A program made the translations under genes and the position numbers. The notes below the pieces were generated by a model. It did not search any database and was not told the origin of the DNA. It worked only from the letters and a program-made list of their open reading frames with translations. Below are positions 8,437 through 16,149 of a stretch of DNA of 64,000 nt, piece by piece. Positions within the stretch are counted from its first letter, which is position 1. The number at the start of each line of letters is the position of its first letter. This DNA comes from an uncultured virus (IMG/VR IMGVR_UViG_3300020046_005824). Taxonomy: Duplodnaviria > Heunggongvirae > Uroviricota > Caudoviricetes. The stretch lies in the IMG/VR virus record IMGVR_UViG_3300020046_005824; one strand, given 5' to 3'.

Positions 8437-8669
8437 GGTTGATCCATCCCGTAGAGCGCCAATTCTGTTTTCATGGGTAGCTCGTACTCGTTATTCTCTT
8501 CGTCGTATTGTGCGCCGACCATTGAATACACGGCTTCGCCCAGCTCCGTTAGCGTATCTTTCGAAACTTGAACTATGGTATCCGGGCTAGTATGTTTCCT
8601 AGCGTCTTCGAACCATATCTTCACAGTTTTATGGTACCGGGGGAGAAACAGCTCTTCTATCGTGTACAT
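8424..8669 (-). CDS. Small paralog family B member (MYTIEEL...TELGEAVYSMVG)
   Basis: Paralogy. Confidence 0.75.
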   Translation of the reverse strand: MYTIEELFLPRYHKTVKIWFEDARKHTSPDTIVQVSKDTLTELGEAVYSMVGAQYDEENNEYELPMKTELALYGMDQPCTP

Positions 8670-8980
8670 ACGTGCCGTCCTTTACCGTCGACGCGTGGGA
8701 TGACGCCGCCTGATGGGCCAACGAAATACTGGCACCCTGTCAACTCGTCCGTGGACACCTTGAGCCCTGAGCGGGGGGAGAACCACTCCTGCTGGTCGGA
8801 GTTGTCGCGCCCCAGTGGGGAGGCGGACACGAGGTACAACGCCGCGGCGATGACGGCGCACAGCCGGCCTAGCCGGTTGGCGGCGATGCCCGCAGCGGCG
8901 AGGGCAGCGGCCATGATGGCCGACGCAGCCTCTTGCATGGTGGCGTCAGCCAGCTTGACGGGCTCGGGAGTGGGTTTCAT
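8657..8980 (-). CDS. Hypothetical membrane-anchored protein (RSGLKVSTDELTGCQYF...PRVD)
   Basis: AGGAG RBS; hydrophobic segment. Confidence 0.7.
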   Translation of the reverse strand: MKPTPEPVKLADATMQEAASAIMAAALAAAGIAANRLGRLCAVIAAALYLVSASPLGRDNSDQQEWFSPRSGLKVSTDELTGCQYFVGPSGGVIPRVDGKGRHVCTR

Positions 8981-8981
8981 T

Positions 8982-9176
8982 TCATTCTCCTACGAAGAAG
9001 TACACGCGGCCGACAACGATGGGCAGCCGAGTGCGTGAGGGCACAACGGAGCGGGTGATCTTCACCCACCCGTCGGGGATGTCCCGCGTGGGGACGTCGG
9101 GGGCAACGGCGGGGGGTGCCGTGTGCCGCACGAATGGCTTGGCCGTGGCCAGCTGATCACGGAGGGAGAGTTTCAT
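8982..9176 (-). CDS. Hypothetical protein (MKLSLRDQL...)
   Basis: Start chosen after GGGG leader; tight packing. Confidence 0.6.
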   Translation of the reverse strand: MKLSLRDQLATAKPFVRHTAPPAVAPDVPTRDIPDGWVKITRSVVPSRTRLPIVVGRVYFFVGE

Positions 9177-9178
9177 GA

Positions 9179-9355
9179 TTACCCCCTGAGCAGCGTGTGT
9201 ATGCTGCGGTTCAGTAAGTTGTACGCGAGACCCAGAACCCACATGCGCAGCCGCACCGGTGCGCCAATGGCGTGCAGAATCTCGCGGGCCTGCAGAATCT
9301 CACGCGCCAGCTTCAGGTAGAGGCGGACGCGGAACAGCCGGAAGATGGGGGTCAT
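9179..9355 (-). CDS. Hypothetical basic protein (MTPIFRLF...)
   Basis: ATGA coupling, GGAG RBS. Confidence 0.55.
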   Translation of the reverse strand: MTPIFRLFRVRLYLKLAREILQAREILHAIGAPVRLRMWVLGLAYNLLNRSIHTLLRG

Positions 9356-9651
9356 GCTGGTCTCCCCTGCGTGAACGCATCGAGCTGCGTCCGAAGATTC
9401 TTCACGTCGCTCTCCAGCGCGAACAGCCGGTCCGCAGTGTCGCCGGCCAGCTCGCTGACATCTTCGAGCTCTTCCATCGGGCGGCGACCGCTCTCCCGCC
9501 ACGCGTCGAGCAGCGCGCGCCGCTCGTCGACGTTGAGGCGGGCGTGGATGAGTTTGCCGTCGACGAGAACATTGCCGTAAGCAACGCTGCCGACAGCGGA
9601 CAGCTTGTCGAGGTCGATGACAGTGTCATCAGGTAAGGTATAGAGTCGCAC
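9352..9651 (-). CDS. Hypothetical protein with C-terminal coiled coil
   Basis: AGGAG RBS plus GTG start. Confidence 0.65.
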   Translation of the reverse strand: MRLYTLPDDTVIDLDKLSAVGSVAYGNVLVDGKLIHARLNVDERRALLDAWRESGRRPMEELEDVSELAGDTADRLFALESDVKNLRTQLDAFTQGRPA

Positions 9652-9694
9652 GGTATTGCTCCTATGAAACGCGCCCCGAAGGGCGCTGGGTTGA

Positions 9695-10072
9695 TCAGAA
9701 TTTCGGGATCGACGCGAGTGCGTCGGCCAGCGCCTGCTGCGCGTCGCCATCGGACAGCAGCAGCTTGTCTTCGAGGGCTTGGTAGGGCGCCGCCTCCGGC
9801 GCGTAGTGTTTGAGATCGCAGTGCGCGTAACCGAAATTTTTCGGTATCTGCACGCCGAGCCCCGCCGCCACTTGCAGAGACCCGCGGTCAATCGTGTCGT
9901 TGAGCTTGTCAATCTTGGCCGAGATAGCCCGCCGCTGGGCGGACAACTTCTCGCGTTCGGCGCGCAGCTTCTTGAGTTTCGGGTTGTCTTCCACCGCCCG
10001 CTCGATAACCGCCGCGTGCGCCGCTGTGAAGCGCTGCAGAATGTGCTCGCGCTGTTCTTTGCTGAGTTTCAT
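9695..10072 (-). CDS. Hypothetical coiled-coil protein (MKLSKEQREH...)
   Basis: AGGAG RBS; GC-rich codon usage. Confidence 0.75.
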   Translation of the reverse strand: MKLSKEQREHILQRFTAAHAAVIERAVEDNPKLKKLRAEREKLSAQRRAISAKIDKLNDTIDRGSLQVAAGLGVQIPKNFGYAHCDLKHYAPEAAPYQALEDKLLLSDGDAQQALADALASIPKF

Positions 10073-10095
10073 GATTACTCCTGTTTCAAGGTTAG

Positions 10096-10116
10096 GTATG
10101 TTACGTTGTAACATAC
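10096..10116. promoter_or_regulatory. 21-bp palindromic site, copy 3
   Basis: GTATGTTACGTTGTAACATAC upstream of RBS. Confidence 0.65.
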
Positions 10117-10429
10117 AGTGAGTGACACCCACTGTTATGGATACGCATGTCGCACCAGTTCTGCGAACGCACATATGCATAACACTGGGTGTAAGCCAGT
10201 GTGGGAGCGCCGGGTTTGTCCGGAACTCCCCTCGGCATACGTATGAAAGCGGGCATATAAGGTGTAGGGCCTCGCTGTATGTTGTGCGTGTGCGGTTGGT
10301 ACCGCAGTATCCTGTGGCGGGGTTAGCCGCATATATGCGCTCGGAAGCGCAGGGATAAGTCTCACATAGATACGCACGCGCCATACATATTCATGGTCGT
10401 ATGCTGCCCCTGCTGTGGACACATGCATC

Positions 10430-10815
10430 GCCCTCCACTAGGGAGGTACGTTGGATGATTCTTATGCCGCCTTGTGATTTGGCCCTGTGGGCTTTCTAGT
10501 CTTTCAACTAGAGTCGGTGGTCAGTCTGCTGTTACCGTTCGACGGTGGTGGGATTCGACAGTAGCTTCGCTTTTGGGGCGGTATCCAATTGCAAGTCCAC
10601 TCCGGTAGTGTTGCTTGCTTCACGCTGCGTATGTGTAATGCGACGGATACGTCAGGCTGTCTGTCTATCCCTATCTTGGACTGGCCGCGGGAAGAACCTA
10701 TGCATGCCGCTTGGCTAGGGGGATTCTTCAGCAGGTATATTACACTGTAATTTACCTGTCGAAGTGTCTGTTGGTTGTTAATGAACTCAGGCCAGTGAGA
10801 ACGATCTCTCACTGT
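10430..10815 (-). ncRNA. Candidate structured non-coding RNA or long 5' leader
   Basis: Begins just downstream of a consensus promoter; several hairpins including a GAAA tetraloop stem; no convincing ORF. Confidence 0.4.
10735..10755. promoter_or_regulatory. 21-bp palindromic site, copy 4
   Basis: GTATATTACACTGTAATTTAC, arms extend as CAG...CTG. Confidence 0.65.
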
Positions 10816-10823
10816 CTGAATAT

Positions 10824-10852
10824 ATTATACCACAGGTAGAGTAATTTGTCAA
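10824..10852 (-). promoter_or_regulatory. Consensus sigma70 promoter
   Basis: TTGACA-17 bp-TATAAT, perfect match on the minus strand. Confidence 0.85.
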
Positions 10853-10863
10853 GTTTCTGACAC

Positions 10864-11280
10864 TTAGAGCAAACCGCCGAGAAACCCTTTCTTTTTCTCT
10901 TTGAGCTTTGCTACATCGTTTACATATCTGGCTTGTATCTGCGCGTAATGATTATCCTCCGCCTCCTTCACCCTCCGCCAGTGTTCTTGCCGCTCGGCGC
11001 CGCTACTGATAGCCATACCCATGTAGGCGCGGGCATTGACATTGGCATGAGGGTCCGGTTTCACCTGCCGACGCGCGTCGAGACAGAAATCGAACTCGCA
11101 CTGGGCAGCGCGCAGGGACACGATCGCATCGGCCATGGCCGTCGGGGTGTCCGGCGGCAGCATGTCCTGCCGGCCGGCATTGATGCCGCCCTCCGTCCAG
11201 TTGAGCATCTTGAGCGCGGCGATGGCCACGAGGTCCGAGGTCGAGATGACGGCGTCGCCGATGTAGGTATGTGTGATCAT
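10864..11280 (-). CDS. Hypothetical protein (MITHTYIGDAVIST...)
   Basis: AGGAGTCTCTC-ATG leader, the same as before the ORF starting at 328. Confidence 0.7.
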   Translation of the reverse strand: MITHTYIGDAVISTSDLVAIAALKMLNWTEGGINAGRQDMLPPDTPTAMADAIVSLRAAQCEFDFCLDARRQVKPDPHANVNARAYMGMAISSGAERQEHWRRVKEAEDNHYAQIQARYVNDVAKLKEKKKGFLGGLL

Positions 11281-11341
11281 GAGAGACTCCTGTCGTGGGT
11301 GTGGTTGTGGGTGGTAAGGGTTGGCGTGTCCAGCGTTCATA

Positions 11342-11545
11342 TTATTCAATCAGTAGAAGTGAAAAAAGAACTGGTTCGACTGGGCGTTGTTTATGGTGGA
11401 TGTTGTGCCATTCAAACTTGAGCGCTAGCCCTCTAATACGCTGGCCCCTATATGTTGCGACAGCGTACGCAGAGCGAGAGTACACTAGGTGAGTACGCTT
11501 GGCCAAGCGAATGTATATCTTATCTGTGAACGCGGAGAATATCAT
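11342..11545 (-). CDS. Small hypothetical protein, C-terminal tag array 2 (ends VLFSLLLIE)
   Basis: Shared C-terminal motif; TAA stop. Confidence 0.7.
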   Translation of the reverse strand: MIFSAFTDKIYIRLAKRTHLVYSRSAYAVATYRGQRIRGLALKFEWHNIHHKQRPVEPVLFSLLLIE

Positions 11546-11548
11546 GTG

Positions 11549-11752
11549 TTACTCGATCAGCAAGAGCGAGACAAGGAGTGATGGCGGGTAGGGGCGTCCG
11601 GAAGTAAACGCGGCGTCGAGCAAAAGGTCCGGGCTCCTGTGCTGCAGGGACGTAGTCACACGCGAGCCCGAGCGCACGTTGTACATGGTGTTGTACCACC
11701 ACTCCAAATGAGCTACTCGGTGCGGGGCGCGGCGAGAGACGGATGCAATCAT
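11549..11752 (-). CDS. Small hypothetical protein, C-terminal tag array 2 (ends LLVSLLLIE)
   Basis: Shared motif; GAG-TAA end. Confidence 0.7.
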   Translation of the reverse strand: MIASVSRRAPHRVAHLEWWYNTMYNVRSGSRVTTSLQHRSPDLLLDAAFTSGRPYPPSLLVSLLLIE

Positions 11753-11907
11753 TCGATCAGCAGCAGTTGGGTGAGTACATTCTCGCGCAGCGTCATACCA
11801 TACATTTTACCGCCTACTCGGACTGCGCTGAAGTAGCCCCGTAGTACAGCAGAATACATCGAGAGAGCGCAAGCTGGGGAATAGCGATAACCGTTAAGTA
11901 GAGTCAT
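11749..11907 (-). CDS. 52-aa hypothetical protein, C-terminal tag array 2 (MTLLNGY...NVLTQLLLIE)
   Basis: Translated by hand; ATGA overlaps at both ends. Confidence 0.7.
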   Translation of the reverse strand: MTLLNGYRYSPACALSMYSAVLRGYFSAVRVGGKMYGMTLRENVLTQLLLIE

Positions 11908-12092
11908 TCAATCAGCAGAAGTTGGGTGAGTATATCTTCGATCGTCCAACTGTACGTGTAGCCTGTAGCGGCGTCTACTTGTACGTTACCCCATGGAATT
12001 GCGTGTGCGCGGTACATAGTCATAATATTGAGTACCCGCGGTCCGTCACCGCACCAACATTGAAACACGGTAGAGGGCGCGATAAACATCAT
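11904..12092 (-). CDS. Small hypothetical protein, C-terminal tag array 2 (ends ILTQLLLIE)
   Basis: ATGA overlaps; shared motif. Confidence 0.7.
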   Translation of the reverse strand: MMFIAPSTVFQCWCGDGPRVLNIMTMYRAHAIPWGNVQVDAATGYTYSWTIEDILTQLLLIE

Positions 12093-13699
12093 TCAAGCCC
12101 GAGCATGTAAGGCTGCTGCATGTGCACCGACGGGGGGGTGCCGGGCAGCGTGGGCAGGCCGGCATACACGGGCTTCATCCAAGCGTGCGAGGACCCCACG
12201 AGCTTGGCCCGAGCGACGGTGAACGGTATCTCGATGCGGGCATACAGCACACCGTCAAACACGTCGAGGACCATCTCGGGTGGGTGCTTCTCCCAGAGGG
12301 CCAACAGAGAGTTTGCGTCGCTGGCAGCGTCGGGTCGCCGATGCTGGTCTGTGTGGGCGGCGCGGACCGGCCGACCCGGGCGCACGGGCTGGCACAGGGC
12401 CGCCCAAAGAAAATACTCGGGGTGGATGATATTAACTGCGCCAGAGGGCAGCGGCAAGGGTGCAGGTTGTGCATACACCGGCAGTGAGGCGCTGTGCGCG
12501 AACGGGATCACGGGAGTGAATGTGGTGTGGCCAGCTGTCCACGAGCCCGGTACGTCGTACTTGTGCAAGTAGGGCAGGCGGCTCTCCATGGGTACAGTGT
12601 CGGGGCGGGTGGCACGGGCCGCGGCACGCACGGTGCGCCACATCTGGTCCACACCCTCGCGCCGACGGTTCACCTTCTGGACATCGGTGGGTACGCCGGT
12701 GGCGGCGCCCCCACCCCCACCCTTCTGCGGGCGAGGAACTGGTGCGGCACGAGAGATGCGCGTGTCGGACGGGGTCGTGCGCGGCTGGGCTGCAGCAGGG
12801 GGCAGCAGGGCCGACATCTGGGTCATCGCCTCAAACATGAGCATGGGGGTCGCCGGCCCGAAGTAGGGGAGATAGAACGTGTGCGGCGTCGGCTGGTTGA
12901 GGGCGGATGTGGGGGTGTAGTGCACCCAGCGGGAATGTATGGCCGGGGTGGATGTGCGCAGGCTGTCGAACGGCGTGAGCAGCACGTCGCAGACGGGCCG
13001 GTGCGGGTCGAGCTCGTCCGTGGTCGGAGGCAGGCGGGAGCCGATCAGGGCGCACTGCTGCAGCGTCGAGTGCACGAGAGGCAGCCGCACAGGGGTGGGC
13101 GACGCTGCAACGGTGGAAGTCTGATGGTACGAGCCCCACGGAAACAGGTTGAGCTTCAGGTGGGTGAGCTTGAGAGCGGCGAACGGCTCACCGGTGGGCA
13201 GCGGCACACTGACCTTGACCCGGCCGTGAGGCATGCGCGAGCCGAGCGAGAGCCCCGGGAACTCCACAGGGTAGGCGAGTGGGGTGGGGGTGGCGGGTGA
13301 GGCAGCGAGCGAGAGGGGGATCGGGACATTGATCGGCAGGGCCGCGAGGGCGGCATGCTCAGGGGAGTCGACGGGGAACGTAGGCAGCGCGCAGTTGAGC
13401 CCGAGACGGTAGAAGCCGGGCTGGTCGAGCGAGGGGTCGAGCTCGGGGGAGTCGGCTGGGTTGATGTAGGCCGGGGGGGTAGGCGCAGAAGGGATACGCG
13501 CTGTATGTTCTGCTGGCAGCATCGATTCGCCGATGCTGCTGACGGCATCGGTGGAAGGGGGTGTGGGTTCGATGGGGGTCGATTCGGCGAGGCTGATGCC
13601 GGCTTCGGCAGTGTATTCAGGCGTGCAGGCTTCGGCAGTGTATTCAGGCGTGCAGGCTTCGGCACGGGGGATTTCGGCGGGGGTTTCAGTGTGATTCAT
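12089..13699 (-). CDS. Pro/Thr/Ala-rich 536-aa hypothetical protein
   Basis: Long ORF coupled to array 2; 27-bp tandem repeat near N-terminus; ends MLGLE. Confidence 0.65.
   Translation of the reverse strand: MNHTETPAEIPRAEACTPEYTAEACTPEYTAEAGISLAESTPIEPTPPSTDAVSSIGESMLPAEHTARIPSAPTPPAYINPADSPELDPSLDQPGFYRLGLNCALPTFPVDSPEHAALAALPINVPIPLSLAASPATPTPLAYPVEFPGLSLGSRMPHGRVKVSVPLPTGEPFAALKLTHLKLNLFPWGSYHQTSTVAASPTPVRLPLVHSTLQQCALIGSRLPPTTDELDPHRPVCDVLLTPFDSLRTSTPAIHSRWVHYTPTSALNQPTPHTFYLPYFGPATPMLMFEAMTQMSALLPPAAAQPRTTPSDTRISRAAPVPRPQKGGGGGAATGVPTDVQKVNRRREGVDQMWRTVRAAARATRPDTVPMESRLPYLHKYDVPGSWTAGHTTFTPVIPFAHSASLPVYAQPAPLPLPSGAVNIIHPEYFLWAALCQPVRPGRPVRAAHTDQHRRPDAASDANSLLALWEKHPPEMVLDVFDGVLYARIEIPFTVARAKLVGSSHAWMKPVYAGLPTLPGTPPSVHMQQPYMLGLE
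13601..13664. repeat. 27-bp tandem repeat x2.4 (AEACTPEYT)
   Basis: GGCTTCGGCAGTGTATTCAGGCGTGCA repeated exactly. Confidence 0.9.
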
Positions 13700-13736
13700 G
13701 GGGCGGCCTTCAGGGGGATTGCGGACATGTGAGGGA

Positions 13737-13757
13737 GTATATTACAGCGTAACATAC
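13737..13757. promoter_or_regulatory. 21-bp palindromic site, copy 5, overlapping a possible minus-strand promoter (TTGCGC-17-TAATAT)
   Basis: GTATATTACAGCGTAACATAC. Confidence 0.65.
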
Positions 13758-13805
13758 CGGGGCGCAAGGGGAATGTTTGGATTTGTTAGGTTCGTGGGGG
13801 TTCGG

Positions 13806-13933
13806 CATGTGGGATAATTAGGGGTGGGGAAAGGGAACATGTGGGATTATTTGGGGGAAAATGGGGGTGGAGGGGAGGGGGACATGTGGGATAATTAGGG
13901 TAAAAAGGGGTCGCTATAATTCATAATTAGGGG
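13806..13933. repeat. Direct repeats CATGTGGGATAATTAGGG (3 copies, one degenerate, plus a partial) in a G-run tract
   Basis: Copies start at 13806, 13838 and 13883. Confidence 0.75.
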
Positions 13934-14334
13934 TAAAAAAGTTGAGTTAGAAATTTAACACAGAAAAAACGAGTTCGTAGGATGGCGTGTCGGCGATTAA
14001 ATAACGTGCACTAGGGTGAGGAAACTCAGAAAAAAACTCGTGGATATGTCGATGTAATTATCTCATATAGAGGGGGTAATTACCTCATATAAGGGTGTGT
14101 TATCGTCGTATACGGTGTGTGAAAATAAGTCGTGTTTTTCTCATTTTCGTAGACCGTATACGGCTATAGTGATATTCACTGCAGGTAGCCGGAAAAAGAA
14201 TAGCGAGTAGTTTTTTTCGCCCCCGTACGAAAACCCTATAACCTAGTCAACAATAGGGGTATTCGATTTTAGTTCCCGAATAAAGGGAGCGATATGGCGG
14301 GAATTAGCTATGGACCCACGCCCCCTACGATTTT

Positions 14335-14455
14335 ACAGTTTCCTTCGTTTTCTATATATTATTTATTTATCTATTCTTATCCTTATTATATGTAATAAAT
14401 AAATAAATATAAATAAAATAAAGAAAATAAAGAAGAAAAAAATAAATCATATAGT
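14335..14455. other. Very AT-rich tract with (TAAA)n-like runs
   Basis: Almost only A/T in a GC-rich genome. Confidence 0.85.
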
Positions 14456-14613
14456 TGGGAAACTAGCTCATATAATCCCTCGCGCTGGCGCGCGTTTCGG
14501 CGTGCCGGACCCCGCGAGTGGGCTCCACGTATGCGGGAGTTGCCCATTACGCCCAGTAATGTATGACGCCATAAAATACTATCCCCCACCGTTGGAGTAT
14601 GATATTCCTGCTA

Positions 14614-14634
14614 GTATGTTACAGTGTAATATAC
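14614..14634. promoter_or_regulatory. 21-bp palindromic site, copy 6
   Basis: GTATGTTACAGTGTAATATAC. Confidence 0.7.
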
Positions 14635-14764
14635 CCGGCGTGCTCGCTACTCAGTAGGGAACTGGCATGAAAGCGCCTACCCGGTGCAGGGGTGGCGCGG
14701 TCCGGTGCTCTTAACCCAGTTGGGAACTGGCACGAAAGTGCCATACACAGAAACTGCGGGCAAA

Positions 14765-14798
14765 GAAAAAGCCCCCAGACCGTATGGTCTGGGGGCTT
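14765..14798 (-). terminator. Rho-independent terminator
   Basis: AAGCCCCCAGACC/GGTCTGGGGGCTT stem followed by a U-tract on the minus strand. Confidence 0.75.
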
Positions 14799-14804
14799 GA
14801 TGGG

Positions 14805-15092
14805 TCAGAGATCGACTACTGTCAATCGATATCGAATGCCTGCGGCTTCAACAATGAAAGTATCGGCGCCAGCATCAAGCAGGGCGCTCAACGCGCAAGA
14901 ATCGACGGCTTCAAACGCGCCGACAATCACCTCGCGAGTTTCCGGATGCACAATCTCCTCACAGAACCGCGCGGGATAGTCGGTGTGCGGTATCACGCTA
15001 CGCGCGTCAATCGCGCCTATCAGCGCGCGCGCTGCGTCAATGCGTGCTATCAACATAGCGCGGCATTCTGTATCTGATTTGTTTTTTGCCAT
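14805..15092 (-). CDS. Hypothetical protein (MAKNKSD...)
   Basis: GGAG RBS within a duplicated leader. Confidence 0.7.
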   Translation of the reverse strand: MAKNKSDTECRAMLIARIDAARALIGAIDARSVIPHTDYPARFCEEIVHPETREVIVGAFEAVDSCALSALLDAGADTFIVEAAGIRYRLTVVDL

Positions 15093-15132
15093 GAGTTACT
15101 CCAAAGGTTAAAAACCCCCCGCAGTGCGGGGG
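15078..15132 (-). repeat. 55-bp unit copy A: terminator hairpin + RBS + codons MAKNK
   Basis: 53/55 identical to 15440-15494. Confidence 0.9.
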
Positions 15133-15139
15133 CTTGAGG

Positions 15140-15454
15140 TCAGCGCGGGAACAGCTCACATACGCCGCATGGGCTGTCGCCTGCATAGCGTACGAAAGTG
15201 TATGTGTAGTGCCCGACGTCGTTATACGATGCGTAGGCATGAGCAAACACATAGGCTTGCGCAGTAGCACGCGAAATATTGTGTATCGCGGCGATTAAGT
15301 ATCGCGTTTCAATATCGCGGGAAGTGAATGGGCATCCCGTGCGCGATGCCTCCAAATCTGTCACTGTGGCGATGGTGACGTATTCAACACGCAATTCAGT
15401 GCGGATGCGTCGGCCTACTTTCACCATCGGCGCAGCGAGTTTGTTTTTTGCCAT
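15140..15454 (-). CDS. Hypothetical protein (MAKNKLA...)
   Basis: GGAG RBS within a duplicated leader. Confidence 0.7.
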   Translation of the reverse strand: MAKNKLAAPMVKVGRRIRTELRVEYVTIATVTDLEASRTGCPFTSRDIETRYLIAAIHNISRATAQAYVFAHAYASYNDVGHYTYTFVRYAGDSPCGVCELFPR

Positions 15455-15494
15455 GATTTACTCCAAAGGTTAAAAACCCCCCGCACTGCGGGGG
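15440..15494 (-). repeat. 55-bp unit copy B: terminator hairpin + RBS + codons MAKNK
   Basis: 53/55 identical to 15078-15132. Confidence 0.9.
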
Positions 15495-15504
15495 GTCCGG
15501 TCAC

Positions 15505-16149
15505 TTACTTGCTGGCTTTCTTCGCGGCTTCTTCTTTCGCTGCGTCAATCGCAGCGTCGAGCATTTTCAGCACCTTGTCGCGGGTCGCCTCACCGTCGGC
15601 GATTTTCTTCGCGAGACTGGTGATTGTCTTACCCAGCCAATCGCCCTTGGTGCCAGTCTTACCTTGCATCGCCTGAGCCAGCCGGCGCAGGGGCTGCATG
15701 GCATTGGCACGGTCAGCGGATGACAGCTGCAAGGTATCGGCCGTCACGCCGCACGCCGATACCATGGCCAGCACCACGCGACCCTTTGCCTTGTCGGCCA
15801 TGATCGCCTGAGCATAGCTGTAGGCGGCGACGCTCTTTTCCGTGCGCCCCCGGCCCTCGGTGGGCAGCGGGATACCAAACACGGCGCGAACCATGGGCGA
15901 CGTCGTTTCGCTCAGTTGGCTCAGGAACACGGCGGCAGGGATTTTCGCGCCCGTCAATTCCTTACGGGCCAGATCGAGAATCTCAGCACGCAGTCCGGCG
16001 CCAGTCTTGAGTACCTTGCGGGCATGGTCCAGTGCCTCCACGCCAGAATGCGCCAGCGTCCAGATGTTGCGGGTATCGAGCCGCAGCCCGATTCGCTTCG
16101 CGTCGGATGCGATGGCCGACAGGGTGCGAGTTACTTGTTTCTTTGCCAT
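15505..16149 (-). CDS. Hypothetical basic, Ala/Lys-rich early protein (MAKKQVT...)
   Basis: GGAGTAA RBS; first gene of the leftward arm. Confidence 0.75.
   Translation of the reverse strand: MAKKQVTRTLSAIASDAKRIGLRLDTRNIWTLAHSGVEALDHARKVLKTGAGLRAEILDLARKELTGAKIPAAVFLSQLSETTSPMVRAVFGIPLPTEGRGRTEKSVAAYSYAQAIMADKAKGRVVLAMVSACGVTADTLQLSSADRANAMQPLRRLAQAMQGKTGTKGDWLGKTITSLAKKIADGEATRDKVLKMLDAAIDAAKEEAAKKASK

Noticed and set aside
10135..10428. 97-aa minus-strand ORF with GGAGG upstream
   Set aside because: No motif, short RBS spacing and competing overlapping frames; left uncalled but not excluded.
13806..14100. Repeats considered as a CRISPR mini-array
   Set aside because: Units are short, irregularly spaced and separated by low-complexity G-runs; no cas operon.
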